Positions 1 through 9,393 of a stretch of DNA of 64,000 nt are shown one piece after another. Each line of letters opens with the position of its first letter. Position 1 is the stretch's first letter. Under the pieces are notes generated by a model. It was not told where the DNA came from. It saw nothing but the letters and a program-made list of their open reading frames with translations, and did no database searches. Source of the DNA: Actinomycetota bacterium (GTDB taxonomy: Bacteria; Actinomycetota; JAHEXW01; JAGVPG01); contig JAGVPG010000021.1 of the NCBI GenBank assembly GCA_020052375.1, positions 129,811-193,810 on the forward strand. Reading direction: 5' to 3'. The position numbers and the translations under genes are program-made.

Positions 1-166
1 ACAGTTTCGCTCCGTATAGAAAAATCGCCGTAAGTAGCGCGTAAGAAGTCGTATGGATCAACAATCCGAATATACGCGTCTTTGACAGTTTAACCAAAGC
101 GGCAGGTTGAAGGAAATCGGCCGCCATATGAGCGAGAATCAGTGAATATAGTAATGTCATAGATGT

Positions 167-586
167 CTAATATGTACTTCTATTGGCAAGTAGGCTGGCT
201 ATGTGGTCTTTCCGTAGATCGTCCTGGACGATCAATGCCTCCAGTTTATCGTCGACCTCCCTGATCCTTTCACTCATCCTCTCGATCACGGTCCATATGA
301 CCGGGTCTTTGATAAAACTCATGAAGGTCTCTTTATCAACTATCGATAGTTCCGTGTCCCCGACGGCCTGGGCTGTCGCTGAACGCATATGGTCGCCGAA
401 AAGAGCCATCTCTCCGAAGAACTCCCCTATGCCCAGAGTCGCCAGAGTGACCGGTTTCTCCTTGCTCGATCGTTCTATCTTCACTTTCCCGGAACGTACC
501 AGAAACATCTCCTGTCCCCGATCGCCTTCTTTGAAGATGACCTCTCTGTCCTTATAGTTTTTTATCCGCCCGTGTTCTTCCAGCAT
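167..586 (-). CDS. cyclic nucleotide-binding (cNMP/CAP-effector) domain protein, stand-alone, no HTH or enzymatic domain
   Basis: 139 aa. It has the beta-roll cNMP-binding signature (FGEMAL...RSATAQA). It is paralogous to the N-terminal ~140 aa of the adjacent cyclase (e.g. DREVIFKEGDRGQEMFLVRSGKVKI vs DGEIIFKENDYGREMFIIKSGIVKI). Confidence 0.7.
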   Translation of the reverse strand: MLEEHGRIKNYKDREVIFKEGDRGQEMFLVRSGKVKIERSSKEKPVTLATLGIGEFFGEMALFGDHMRSATAQAVGDTELSIVDKETFMSFIKDPVIWTVIERMSERIREVDDKLEALIVQDDLRKDHIASLLANRSTY

Positions 587-1625
587 CTTCTCCCCCTTTG
601 TTCTTTATGTCAGATTTCAACCCGGTTATATTGAATACCTCGATGGCCTCCGCCTTCCCTTTGAAACGGCGGGGGTCCATATTTATGACCTCCACGTATT
701 TCTGCACATAATCGTATGTCTTGGCGCTTATCAGAAGCTGGCCCGGTCCGGCATCGCGGCACAGCCTTGAAGCTATATTGACTGCGTCTCCGATCACCGT
801 ATAATCAAGATGCAGGTCCGTTCCTATATTGCCGAGTATCGCGGACCCTGTATTGATCCCGATACCCACCGATATGAACGGGTTCACCGCTCGCATCGAA
901 GCGACCGCTTCCTGTATATGGAAGGCGGCCGATACAGCCAGCCAGGCATGTTCTTTTTGCAGGACCGGAGCATTGAAGACGGCCATGATCGCGTCGCCTA
1001 TATATTTATCAACCGTCCCGTCATATCTGAATACGACATGCGTCATCTCTCCAAGGTACATATTCAAAAGGTCAACGACTTCATGCGGACGCATACGTTC
1101 CGCGATCGTCGTGAAGTTTCTGATATCGGCAAAGAGCACGGTCACTTCCCGTAGCTCACCCGAAAGATCCAGATCTGCCGTTCCCGCTGTCTTCAGGATC
1201 TCGTCCACCACTTGCGGTGATACATAACGCCTGAACAACTGGACGACCTTCCTAAGTTCGTCCTCGATCAACAGGTCCTCCATCTTGTCGTCGAATTCTT
1301 TAATACGATGGCTCATCCGTTCCAGGATCCGCCATACGACAGGTTCCTTAACATAATCTTTGAATTGGTCCTGGTCTACAGTATGTAATACGCTTTCGCC
1401 TGTAGCTTGGGCGGTGGCGGACCTTTTTTGGCCTGTGAATATGGACATCTCTCCGAAGAAATCGCCCTCTTTAAGATTTGCCAGGATTATCTCGCGCCCG
1501 TTGCGTACCCTGTAGATCTTTACGATGCCGCTCTTGATTATGAACATCTCTCGGCCGTAGTCGTTCTCCTTGAATATTATCTCGCCGTCGCTGAAGGTCT
1601 TTTCTTTTCCCCGGTCATAGATCAC
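552..1625 (-). CDS. cNMP-binding domain fused to class III adenylate cyclase (CHD) domain
   Basis: 357 aa. The N-terminal half is a cNMP-binding domain (FGEMSIF...RSATAQA). The C-terminal half carries class III cyclase motifs (VTVLFADIRNFT, KYIGDAIMAVFNAP, GDAVNIASRL). The substrate-specifying Lys (VDKYIGD) and Asp (TVIGDAVN) suggest adenylate specificity. Start is GTG at 1625 with an AAGGGGAA Shine-Dalgarno. Confidence 0.8.
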   Translation of the reverse strand: MIYDRGKEKTFSDGEIIFKENDYGREMFIIKSGIVKIYRVRNGREIILANLKEGDFFGEMSIFTGQKRSATAQATGESVLHTVDQDQFKDYVKEPVVWRILERMSHRIKEFDDKMEDLLIEDELRKVVQLFRRYVSPQVVDEILKTAGTADLDLSGELREVTVLFADIRNFTTIAERMRPHEVVDLLNMYLGEMTHVVFRYDGTVDKYIGDAIMAVFNAPVLQKEHAWLAVSAAFHIQEAVASMRAVNPFISVGIGINTGSAILGNIGTDLHLDYTVIGDAVNIASRLCRDAGPGQLLISAKTYDYVQKYVEVINMDPRRFKGKAEAIEVFNITGLKSDIKNKGGEDAGRTRADKKL

Positions 1626-1682
1626 GTGCGGTTCCCCTTATTTGTGACGTTATTAGCATATGTATATGTTACATCTATAATC

Positions 1683-2873
1683 TTAAAAGAACATCCCGGC
1701 CGATCTTATCCTGGCAACCGACTCGATAAGCTTGTCTTCCGGTTTTACAAGAGCTATCCTTACGTATCCTTCACCGTATACGCCGAAGGCGTCACCCGGT
1801 ATCAATAAGACTCCCGTTTTTCTTAATAATTCAATGGCAAAGTCTTTTGATCTTGTCCCTTCCGGCACTTTTGCCCAAAGAAACATCGTTGCCGGCGGCT
1901 CTTGTATCTCCCATCCCGCCTGTCTCACACCTTCTAAAAAGGTCAGTGCCCTCTTTTTATATACTGCCACATTTTGATCGATGATCTCTTGGGGACCGTT
2001 CAGGGCGGCTATCCCCGCTTTTTGAATGGCTTTGAAGACACCATAGTCAAGGTTTGATTTCAACCTTGCCATTATCGAGATCACATCCTTATTACCGACA
2101 AGGAAACCAAGCCTGCAGCCTGCGATGTTGTACGTCTTGGAGACCGAATGGAATTCGACCGCGCACTCTTTTGCCCCTTCGACCTGCAGAACGCTAGGCG
2201 GTCTTATACCGCCGTACGCCAGCTCCGTATATGCGGCATCGTGGCATAGAAGTATCCCGTGTTCTCCGGCAAATCCGACCGCCCTTTCAAAGAAGTCTAT
2301 GTCCGCTACGGCAGTCACAGGATTGTTCGGGTAGTTCAGGACCATTATCTTCGCCTTGTCGGCGGTTTCAGCCGGTATCGAATCGAAATCCGCCAGGTAT
2401 CCGTTCTCTGCCAGCAAGGGCATAATATGTATATCGGATTCCGCAAGTTGGGCGCCGACCTTGTATACAGGGTAATGTGGGTCGGGAATCAGTGATACAT
2501 CCCCCGGATTCAAAAGAGCAAAGAATATGTGGCCCAGCCCGTCATGCGACCCCATCAACGTCAGTACTTCAGTCTCAGGGTCGAGTCTTACGCCAAACCT
2601 CTTGAGATACCAGCCGGCGATAGCCGTCCTTAACTCGATCAACCCTGCTGAAGTCGCATAATCGTAGTTCTCACGTATGTCCAGTTCCGCCTTGAGTGTA
2701 TCGACGACATGCTTTGCAGGGGGCTGATCCGGACTGCCTATGCCAAGGTTGATGACCTCGATACCGGAATCTTCGACTTCTCTCTTTATCCTGTTCATCT
2801 CGTCGAAGACGCCCGACTCTATCGGTTCCAGCCTCTTCGCCTGCCTAAAAATACTACTCACCCCAACCTCCAT
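1683..2873 (-). CDS. PLP-dependent class I aminotransferase (DapL/aspartate aminotransferase-like)
   Basis: 396 aa with NYPNNPV and the SVSKTYNIAGCRLGF PLP-lysine motif. The NLGIGSPD N-terminal motif resembles LL-DAP aminotransferases; exact substrate cannot be told from sequence. Confidence 0.8.
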   Translation of the reverse strand: MEVGVSSIFRQAKRLEPIESGVFDEMNRIKREVEDSGIEVINLGIGSPDQPPAKHVVDTLKAELDIRENYDYATSAGLIELRTAIAGWYLKRFGVRLDPETEVLTLMGSHDGLGHIFFALLNPGDVSLIPDPHYPVYKVGAQLAESDIHIMPLLAENGYLADFDSIPAETADKAKIMVLNYPNNPVTAVADIDFFERAVGFAGEHGILLCHDAAYTELAYGGIRPPSVLQVEGAKECAVEFHSVSKTYNIAGCRLGFLVGNKDVISIMARLKSNLDYGVFKAIQKAGIAALNGPQEIIDQNVAVYKKRALTFLEGVRQAGWEIQEPPATMFLWAKVPEGTRSKDFAIELLRKTGVLLIPGDAFGVYGEGYVRIALVKPEDKLIESVARIRSAGMFF

Positions 2874-2893
2874 CCTCTAAATTCCATCTCTTT

Positions 2894-4717
2894 TTACGGC
2901 GGCGGCGCTCCTAACTGTGCTTGAGCCGTGCCAGCAGGTTGCGCTCCTGGCGGAGGCGGTGTCCCTGGCGGTAGCGGCGCTCCTGTCCCCTTCATTATTA
3001 TACGGTGCTTCGGCTCATAATGGCTCGAGAATCTATCGTCATGTATCATTTTTCCGTCCCTGGTCACAGTCCTGTGAACTGTTATGTCCCTTCCTTCGAC
3101 TCCATAACCGAATTCTCCTTCTTTTTCCCACCCCGCCGGGAGTGTCGGATCGTCCTTGTAACTTATTCCGAACGGTACGATGCCGGTAAAGCCGGTATCA
3201 TCATATATGACGTCCTGGCTCATCTTCGTGCTATAGAAAGCGATGGTCACAGAGCTATCTGAATGGTCGGTCTTGATAAGGATATAATACGGTGAATCGT
3301 TCCTGAAACGGAAGTCCATCCCGCCGTCGTAGTAGACGCTGGCATCGCGTCCACTCGGATAGTGGCTGATATAGAAATCATGCGGATACCTCTCGACCAC
3401 TTCGTATCCGCCGAAGAACACCACGTTGAATAGTGTCGTCGATACGTTGCATATCCCACCACCTACATCAGGGGAAAGCTGGCCGTCTACTATGACCGGC
3501 GCCTCCGTATACCCCTTCGCCGTAGTACGCGGACCGGTCGCGTTGTTCAAGGAGAAGACCTCTTCGGGAGCCACCAGCTTCCCGTTGATCTCGTCCGCTA
3601 AAGTGCCTATGTTTTTAGATCTGTTGGCAGTGAAGTCGAAGTACTCGGTGTGGACTGAGACCCGTTCCTTTATCCCCATCTGTTCCGCCTTTTTTGTCGT
3701 TAAAGACGCCTCGACATATTTCAATTTCAGGCCGGCATTTCTGGGGGCTTCTTTCATCACCAACTTGCTTACCTTCTTGAATGCGTCGTCTATGTCGATG
3801 ACCGTTCCATTAACACTCGGAACGATCGTCACGACTCCCGCGCCTGCCTCAAAGCGAGCATCCTGCGGTTTCGTTCCCACCTCTTCGCTGAAAGGCTCGA
3901 GTGTCTTATTCAACCGGTCTTTTGATATGGAAGCGATCAGGATCTTTTTCCCCGGCTTACTTTTGCTCGAAGCAAAATCTATGATCCCGCCGATCTCTTC
4001 TCTTGTGACATCATGCCTTTTATCGTTCATTTTCAAGATAATAGGCGCTTTCATCATCAAAAACGCCGTTTTCCGGGCTTTGGACGTATCTTTGTCCCTG
4101 ACTTCGACTTTGAATACCTTTACGGGAAGTATGAGTGTGCGGCTTGAAAAATCGGCTATTCTACGGTGCATAGCAATATCAAAGGATTCTCTGTCAAGGC
4201 CGAACCCGTTTTTTGCTTTTATCGGGATGACATCAACGCCTTCTATTCTTAGTCCGGCATTCTGAGCCGGTATGTCGATCGCTGAGCTTATCCTGTTCTC
4301 AAGGTCTATCAATACGATGTTCTTTAGATTCGATACTACGTATTCAGTATGTCCGCCGAGCCAGAGATTCGCCCTGGTTTTTATCTGGGTTAAAAACGAT
4401 CCTGTTCGTCCGACCTTGAAGGCATCCTCAACAGCAGTCTTCGCATCAGGCCTTGCTCTAAGGTCGGCCGGACTGATCTGCCATTGTTTGTTCTTATATT
4501 TTATAGTAAGCGGGTCTTTCAGTGAGGCCTTGATCTTTCCGTCTATATCGTCCGTGGCCTTCTCTTTTGTTACAAAGGATACCGATTGGTCGTATATGCT
4601 CACACCGTAATGTATGTGCCCGTAGCTGATCGATTCATCGACCAGATACAAGGAAACGGACGCGTTTATTAAGACCGAAGCTAAGACGAAAGTCAAAAGA
4701 AAAAGTCTACGGAACAT
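2894..4717 (-). CDS. VanW-family protein with Pro/Ala/Gly-rich C-terminal tail
   Basis: VanW signature GGGICNVSTTLFNVVFFGG...ERYPH. N-terminal signal/TM (MFRRLFLLTFVLASVL); I placed the start at this internal Met to avoid overlap with the upstream gene. Low-complexity PPGTPPPPGAQPAG tail. Confidence 0.75.
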   Translation of the reverse strand: MFRRLFLLTFVLASVLINASVSLYLVDESISYGHIHYGVSIYDQSVSFVTKEKATDDIDGKIKASLKDPLTIKYKNKQWQISPADLRARPDAKTAVEDAFKVGRTGSFLTQIKTRANLWLGGHTEYVVSNLKNIVLIDLENRISSAIDIPAQNAGLRIEGVDVIPIKAKNGFGLDRESFDIAMHRRIADFSSRTLILPVKVFKVEVRDKDTSKARKTAFLMMKAPIILKMNDKRHDVTREEIGGIIDFASSKSKPGKKILIASISKDRLNKTLEPFSEEVGTKPQDARFEAGAGVVTIVPSVNGTVIDIDDAFKKVSKLVMKEAPRNAGLKLKYVEASLTTKKAEQMGIKERVSVHTEYFDFTANRSKNIGTLADEINGKLVAPEEVFSLNNATGPRTTAKGYTEAPVIVDGQLSPDVGGGICNVSTTLFNVVFFGGYEVVERYPHDFYISHYPSGRDASVYYDGGMDFRFRNDSPYYILIKTDHSDSSVTIAFYSTKMSQDVIYDDTGFTGIVPFGISYKDDPTLPAGWEKEGEFGYGVEGRDITVHRTVTRDGKMIHDDRFSSHYEPKHRIIMKGTGAPLPPGTPPPPGAQPAGTAQAQLGAPPP

Positions 4718-6128
4718 GCAGTAGTTCTTTCGCTCCTTTCTTAAGGTCGTAAAGACCTTTATCTGTCGACGTTTCAAGATATATACGGACAAGCGGTTCG
4801 GTCCCGGAAGGCCTGATCAAGATCCAGCTTCCGTCGTCCAATACCATTTTGACCCCGTCCTTATAACTAACGCTCTTGACTTCTCTACCTGCAAGCATCG
4901 CCGGCGGCTTTGTATTAAGCTCCTCGAATAATCCTCGCTTAGTCTCTTCCGGACATTCGATGTCGAGACGCATATTCAAGTAATCGCCGAACTCACCATA
5001 AACGGCATCCATTAGTTTCGAGAGTGGCTTCTTTTCAACAGCGATCATCTCGCATACCAGAAGATCGGCCAGGATCCCGTCCTTTTCCGGTATGTGTCCG
5101 CCGATACTCATCCCTCCGCTTTCTTCTCCACCTATGATCACCTCTCGCTCCAGCATCATATGTCCGACATGTTTGAATCCGACAGGTGTCTCGATCAGCT
5201 CAAGACCGTACTTCCTGCAGACGGCGTCCAGAAGATGTGTCGTAGCTACCGTCCTTACAACAGCGCCCTTAAGTCCTCTGTTCTTGATCAGGTGTAAGAG
5301 AAGTAGCGCTATCACCTGATTCGCCCCCAGATATCCTCCGTCATCGGCTATTATCCCTATCCTATCTGCATCTCCGTCAAGGCCGAGACCTACATCTCTT
5401 TTATCACGAACAACATTTTCCTGTAACTCCTTCAACCTTTCCTGTGAAGGATCCGGCAAGCCGCCGCCGAATAACACGTCTTTATTCTTGTGTATCATCA
5501 GATAATCGCATCCCGTGTCTTTAAGCAGTTCTTCCATTATGTCTGCTCCGGCTCCATAAAGGGGATCGCAGGCGATCCGCAAGCCGGAACCTCTGATCAT
5601 GCCTGTATCGATCATCGATCTTATATGTTCTTTATAGCCTCTCGTTATATCTTGAGCATCTATTGTCCTGTTTTTCGATCCGCTTTCCGGGCCTCCTTTT
5701 ACATCCGATATATGCTGTTCTATCTTCTTTGTGATCTCTTCAGTAGCCGGACCGGCATAATGCGGGATGAACTTGATCCCGCCATAGTAGTAAGGATTAT
5801 GGCTTGCAGTCAGCATGACCGCGCCGTCACTATTGAATTCCTTTATCGCATACGCTGTCGTGGGAGTCGGCACGGGCCTATCTGACACTATGCACCGCAC
5901 ATCGCTAGACATGAATTCTCGCGCTACGTGATCAGCGAATTCTCTTCCTAAAAATCTATTATCATAGCCGACTATAAGGCTCGGCGGTCCCTTTGTGGAT
6001 GACGATGAGCGGTCTTTCTTAACGTGTTCGGCTATAGCCCTAGCGACAGTACCGACGTTTTTAAACGTGAAGGTGTCGGCGATGATAGCTCTCCATCCGT
6101 CGGTTCCGAATCTTATGTCCGAACCCAA
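4707..6128 (-). CDS. phosphoglucomutase/phosphomannomutase (alpha-D-phosphohexomutase), catalytically canonical
   Basis: 473 aa. All four canonical motifs are present: TASHNP phosphoserine loop, GLDGDADR metal loop, GGEESGG sugar loop, IRPSGTEP phosphate loop. Confidence 0.88.
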   Translation of the reverse strand: MGSDIRFGTDGWRAIIADTFTFKNVGTVARAIAEHVKKDRSSSSTKGPPSLIVGYDNRFLGREFADHVAREFMSSDVRCIVSDRPVPTPTTAYAIKEFNSDGAVMLTASHNPYYYGGIKFIPHYAGPATEEITKKIEQHISDVKGGPESGSKNRTIDAQDITRGYKEHIRSMIDTGMIRGSGLRIACDPLYGAGADIMEELLKDTGCDYLMIHKNKDVLFGGGLPDPSQERLKELQENVVRDKRDVGLGLDGDADRIGIIADDGGYLGANQVIALLLLHLIKNRGLKGAVVRTVATTHLLDAVCRKYGLELIETPVGFKHVGHMMLEREVIIGGEESGGMSIGGHIPEKDGILADLLVCEMIAVEKKPLSKLMDAVYGEFGDYLNMRLDIECPEETKRGLFEELNTKPPAMLAGREVKSVSYKDGVKMVLDDGSWILIRPSGTEPLVRIYLETSTDKGLYDLKKGAKELLHVP

Positions 6129-6129
6129 C

Positions 6130-8622
6130 CTACGACCTCAGTTTTTTTATCATTCGAGAGTACTTCAGGGCGATGTTGTCAGCTTGCGTCTGAGACATCC
6201 CCTCGGTATATACGTGGTAGACCGGCTCGACCGGGTCCGGTAGCAGCAATCCCCAGCCGCCTCGGTGATGGATCTTTATGCCGTCGATCATATCGTGCTT
6301 CTTATCCTTCGCCATCTCGATGATCTGCCGCATGACCATGCCCTTTTTCTCCCAGGGACAGAACTCCTGCCGATGGACGACGTAGTATCTTGGCAGTGAC
6401 GCGACTAGGCTGCTTACGGGCTTTTTTACTTTGGCCAGGATCTCTATCAACTTGCATAGACTCATTATCCCGTCATATGCCGGCAGGAATTTAGGGAATA
6501 TATATCCGCCGCCTTCCGCTCCGGCGAATGTCACTTTATCCTGCTGAGCGGCCTCCATTAGCGACGCCGGAGATATCCTGACCCTTGTGACTTCACAGTC
6601 GTTCTGCTCAGCGAGCTTGTCTATCACGTTAGATACGCTAAGGGGCATGACAAGATGCGACCCAGGGTTCTGTTCGCAAAACAGTTTTGTCATCAATACC
6701 AGTGCTTGAGACTGGGATACCCTTTGTCCCTTTTCGTCTATCAGCGTCAGCCTCTCAGCCGAGCTGTCTATGAGAACACCGAAATCCGCTTTCAGCGCCC
6801 TTACAGATGTTGATACTTGCCGCCACATCCTTTCCAGATCATCCCGGTTCAAGGCGGCCTTGCCTTCTCCCGAGAAAGCGTTAAGGGCGATGATGCCGAG
6901 GCCCAGCTTTCCGAGGATCTGCGGCGCCACTTGCGTAGCCCGGCCGAACTCGTAGTCTATTACTACTTTCAGTCTCTCTTTTGATATCGCTTCTTCATCT
7001 ATATAATTCATCAGGTTGTTTACATAAGACTCGACTGTTCTGGGGTTGAAGATGACGTCTCCCATCTCGTTGTAGAACGCCCTTCTGAAATCCCCTCGAT
7101 AGAAGTATTTCTCGATCTCCGTCTGCATCTCTTCCCTTATGTCTATACCGTTCGGATCGATAAAATTGATCTCGATCGTCTGGGAATCCACAACGGACAA
7201 GCGGATGTCTATCCCACCCGCAAGGTGCTCCGAAATAATCGTCGCCCTGGTAACAGGGGTCGGCAGATGCTCCAGGTCGCGGCAGTTAATACCTGTAGAA
7301 TTAAGCCCGGCCATGACCGCCTGCTTGATTATCTGCGCCGCTCTTATCTGGTCGCAACTTATGGCGATCGTCGAACCGACAGGCAGAGCGGTGCCATAAG
7401 CAACAGCGACCCTCATCGCCAGCCGGGGCGTTACATCGATGTTGATAAGGCCTGATATCCCGTGGCGGCCGAACAACGACCTTATGCCGCGAGTTTCCCA
7501 GATTATACTTGTGCTTATAGCCGCGCTATCGTCGACAGATTTGAACGGATAGATCCTGACATTCGGATGTATAACGGCATTCTTACCGATGACGCAGTTG
7601 TCACCTATCGCTACGCCTTCATCAAGCTTTGCCGCCTGCTTGATATCGCAGTTCCTGCCTATCACGCAGCCCCTAATGTGAGAGCTCGGCCCCACGTAGA
7701 CGTTGTCCCATATGATCGACCTATGGACAAAGGCGCCTGTTTTGATCACCGTGTTATTGCCGATAACAGTATACGGTCGTACCCTGGCGCCGGCTTCGAT
7801 CTTCGCATGTTTGCCGATGATCACCGGCCCTTTGATATCCGCCATGGGATCGATCTGCGCGCCCTGGTTGACCCATATGCTCCGGCCTATCTTGAAGCCT
7901 TCAGGTTCGATATCCGTCTTCTTGGCCAAAATATCGTGCTGTACCTTTAAATACTGGTCTAGATCGCCGATATCGCACCAGTAACCTTCCGCTATGAAAC
8001 CATACATCGGCTTTTTTGATTTCATCAGTTTCGGAAAGAGGTCCTTGCTGAAATCGAACGATGTATTTTCAGGTATGAGTTTCAGGACGCTAGGCTCAAG
8101 GATATAGATGCCCGTATTGACCGTGTCGCTTAGCACCTGTCCCCATGTGGGTTTCTCGAGGAATCGGTCTATCCTACCGTCTTCTTTAGTGACCACGACC
8201 CCGAACTGAAGCGGGTTCTCCACGTGCTTCAATATCAAGGTAGTCGCGGATTTCTTTTCTTTATGAAACTCTATCGCCTTCGTAAGATCGATATCCGTCA
8301 ATGCGTCGCCCGATATGACTATGAAGGTATCGTCGATGTGCTGCTGCACGTTCTTGACGCTTCCGGCCGTTCCAAGAGGGCTCTCCTCCGTGGCGTATGA
8401 TATATGCACGCCGAGGTCCGCACCGTCGCCGAAATACGTCTTTATAAGAGGCGAAAGAAACTGCAGTGTAGCCACTATGTCGACTATGCCATGTTTCTTT
8501 AAAAGCTCTATGATGTGTTCCATCACCGGTTTATTGATGACGGGCACCATGGGTTTCGGCTGGTTGCTTGTAAGTGGACGCAGGCGCGTGCCTTCACCGC
8601 CTGCCATAATGATGGCCTTCAT
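6130..8622 (-). CDS. sugar-1-phosphate nucleotidyltransferase (GDP-mannose/NDP-sugar pyrophosphorylase-like) + left-handed beta-helix + C-terminal phosphohexomutase-like domain
   Basis: 830 aa. The N-terminus has [13 protein letters not shown] (GXGXRL NTP-transferase), followed by hexapeptide repeats. The C-terminal ~450 aa aligns to PGM/PMM domains I-IV, but the catalytic loops are diverged (see findings). Confidence 0.8.
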   Translation of the reverse strand: MKAIIMAGGEGTRLRPLTSNQPKPMVPVINKPVMEHIIELLKKHGIVDIVATLQFLSPLIKTYFGDGADLGVHISYATEESPLGTAGSVKNVQQHIDDTFIVISGDALTDIDLTKAIEFHKEKKSATTLILKHVENPLQFGVVVTKEDGRIDRFLEKPTWGQVLSDTVNTGIYILEPSVLKLIPENTSFDFSKDLFPKLMKSKKPMYGFIAEGYWCDIGDLDQYLKVQHDILAKKTDIEPEGFKIGRSIWVNQGAQIDPMADIKGPVIIGKHAKIEAGARVRPYTVIGNNTVIKTGAFVHRSIIWDNVYVGPSSHIRGCVIGRNCDIKQAAKLDEGVAIGDNCVIGKNAVIHPNVRIYPFKSVDDSAAISTSIIWETRGIRSLFGRHGISGLINIDVTPRLAMRVAVAYGTALPVGSTIAISCDQIRAAQIIKQAVMAGLNSTGINCRDLEHLPTPVTRATIISEHLAGGIDIRLSVVDSQTIEINFIDPNGIDIREEMQTEIEKYFYRGDFRRAFYNEMGDVIFNPRTVESYVNNLMNYIDEEAISKERLKVVIDYEFGRATQVAPQILGKLGLGIIALNAFSGEGKAALNRDDLERMWRQVSTSVRALKADFGVLIDSSAERLTLIDEKGQRVSQSQALVLMTKLFCEQNPGSHLVMPLSVSNVIDKLAEQNDCEVTRVRISPASLMEAAQQDKVTFAGAEGGGYIFPKFLPAYDGIMSLCKLIEILAKVKKPVSSLVASLPRYYVVHRQEFCPWEKKGMVMRQIIEMAKDKKHDMIDGIKIHHRGGWGLLLPDPVEPVYHVYTEGMSQTQADNIALKYSRMIKKLRS

Positions 8623-8633
8623 GACGTACCTTT

Positions 8634-9011
8634 CTACCCTAGATCACCGAGTCGTCTGCCACCGAGTAGATGAAAATGCAAATGGTCGATCTCTTGTCCC
8701 GCATCCGCGCCGACATTGGCGAGCAACCTGAATCCGCTCTCTGCGACCCCTTTTTTAGAGGCGATATTTTTAGCTGCCTTTAATACGTCACCGGTCATAG
8801 GATAGTCTGTTCCGCTTATATCCTCATTTGGATCGATGTGCCGTTTGGGGATTATGACAATATGAACCGGCGCTTTCGGGTTTATATCCGGGAACGCGAT
8901 CAGATCATCCGATTCATAGACAAGATCAACAGGGATCTTACCGTTGACTATCTGGCAGAATATACAATCTTCTTTTTGATCTTTCGACAACTTAGACCTC
9001 CTGATCCGCAA
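8634..9011 (-). CDS. HIT-family (histidine triad) hydrolase
   Basis: HLHFHLLGG histidine-triad motif; ~115-125 aa. Confidence 0.8.
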   Translation of the reverse strand: MRIRRSKLSKDQKEDCIFCQIVNGKIPVDLVYESDDLIAFPDINPKAPVHIVIIPKRHIDPNEDISGTDYPMTGDVLKAAKNIASKKGVAESGFRLLANVGADAGQEIDHLHFHLLGGRRLGDLG

Positions 9012-9086
9012 CTTTAAATTATATCATATTAGTGGTATAAATTTTATTATCGGTACTTGCCAAGAAAGACCTACGGGGAGGTGGTT
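9012..9086 (+). promoter_or_regulatory. divergent promoter region for the SHOCT/cytochrome pair (candidate TTAAAT-N16-TATAAA, then GGGGAGGTG SD)
   Basis: AT-rich 45-bp divergent spacer between HIT and the plus-strand pair. Strong SD sits 7 nt before ATG ATG at 9087. Confidence 0.3.
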
Positions 9087-9368
9087 AACATGATGGCACC
9101 CTATTATAGTGGTTACGGAAGTGACGTTTTCTCGGGAGGAGGCATGATCGGCATGATGTTCATAGGCGGATTCTTTTTTCTTATATTCATTGCGGGAACG
9201 GTGTTACTTGTGATGTGGCTCGCGCAGCAAGGCAGAAGCGGGATGATGATGCACGGTCCGATGTCCGGCACTCACATGGACGAATCCCTCAACATCTTAA
9301 AGAAACGATATGCGTCCGGTGAGATCACCAAGGAGCAGTTCGAACAGATGAAGAGAGACTTAAGTTAA
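9087..9368 (+). CDS. SHOCT/DUF2078-type small membrane protein, Met/Gly-rich
   Basis: One TM helix (FIGGFFFLIFIAGTVLLVMWL) and a Met/His-rich segment (GMMMHGPMSGTHM). C-terminal SHOCT motif KKRYASGEITKEQFEQMKRDL. Start moved to ATG 9087 (MMAPYY) on the basis of the SD; the ORF-track start at 9057 is TTG. Confidence 0.65.
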   Translation, partial: NMMAPYYSGYGSDVFSGGGMIGMMFIGGFFFLIFIAGTVLLVMWLAQQGRSGMMMHGPMSGTHMDESLNILKKRYASGEITKEQFEQMKRDLS

Positions 9369-9393
9369 AAACATCCTTTTTTAGGAGGCTTTA

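Noticed and set aside
167-1625. Possible Pycsar-like (cyclase + cNMP-binding effector) antiphage pair.
   Set aside because: The cyclase has Lys/Asp adenine-specifying residues rather than pyrimidine-cyclase features. The stand-alone cNMP-binding protein has no TM, TIR or other effector domain. Genomic context is housekeeping with no other defence genes.
1636-1651. CRP-like site TGTGA-N6-TAGCA in the promoter region of the cNMP-binding cyclase.
   Set aside because: Only the left half-site matches consensus and the right half matches at 3 of 5 positions. No CRP/FNR-type transcription factor (cNMP domain plus HTH) is present in the window. Likely chance.
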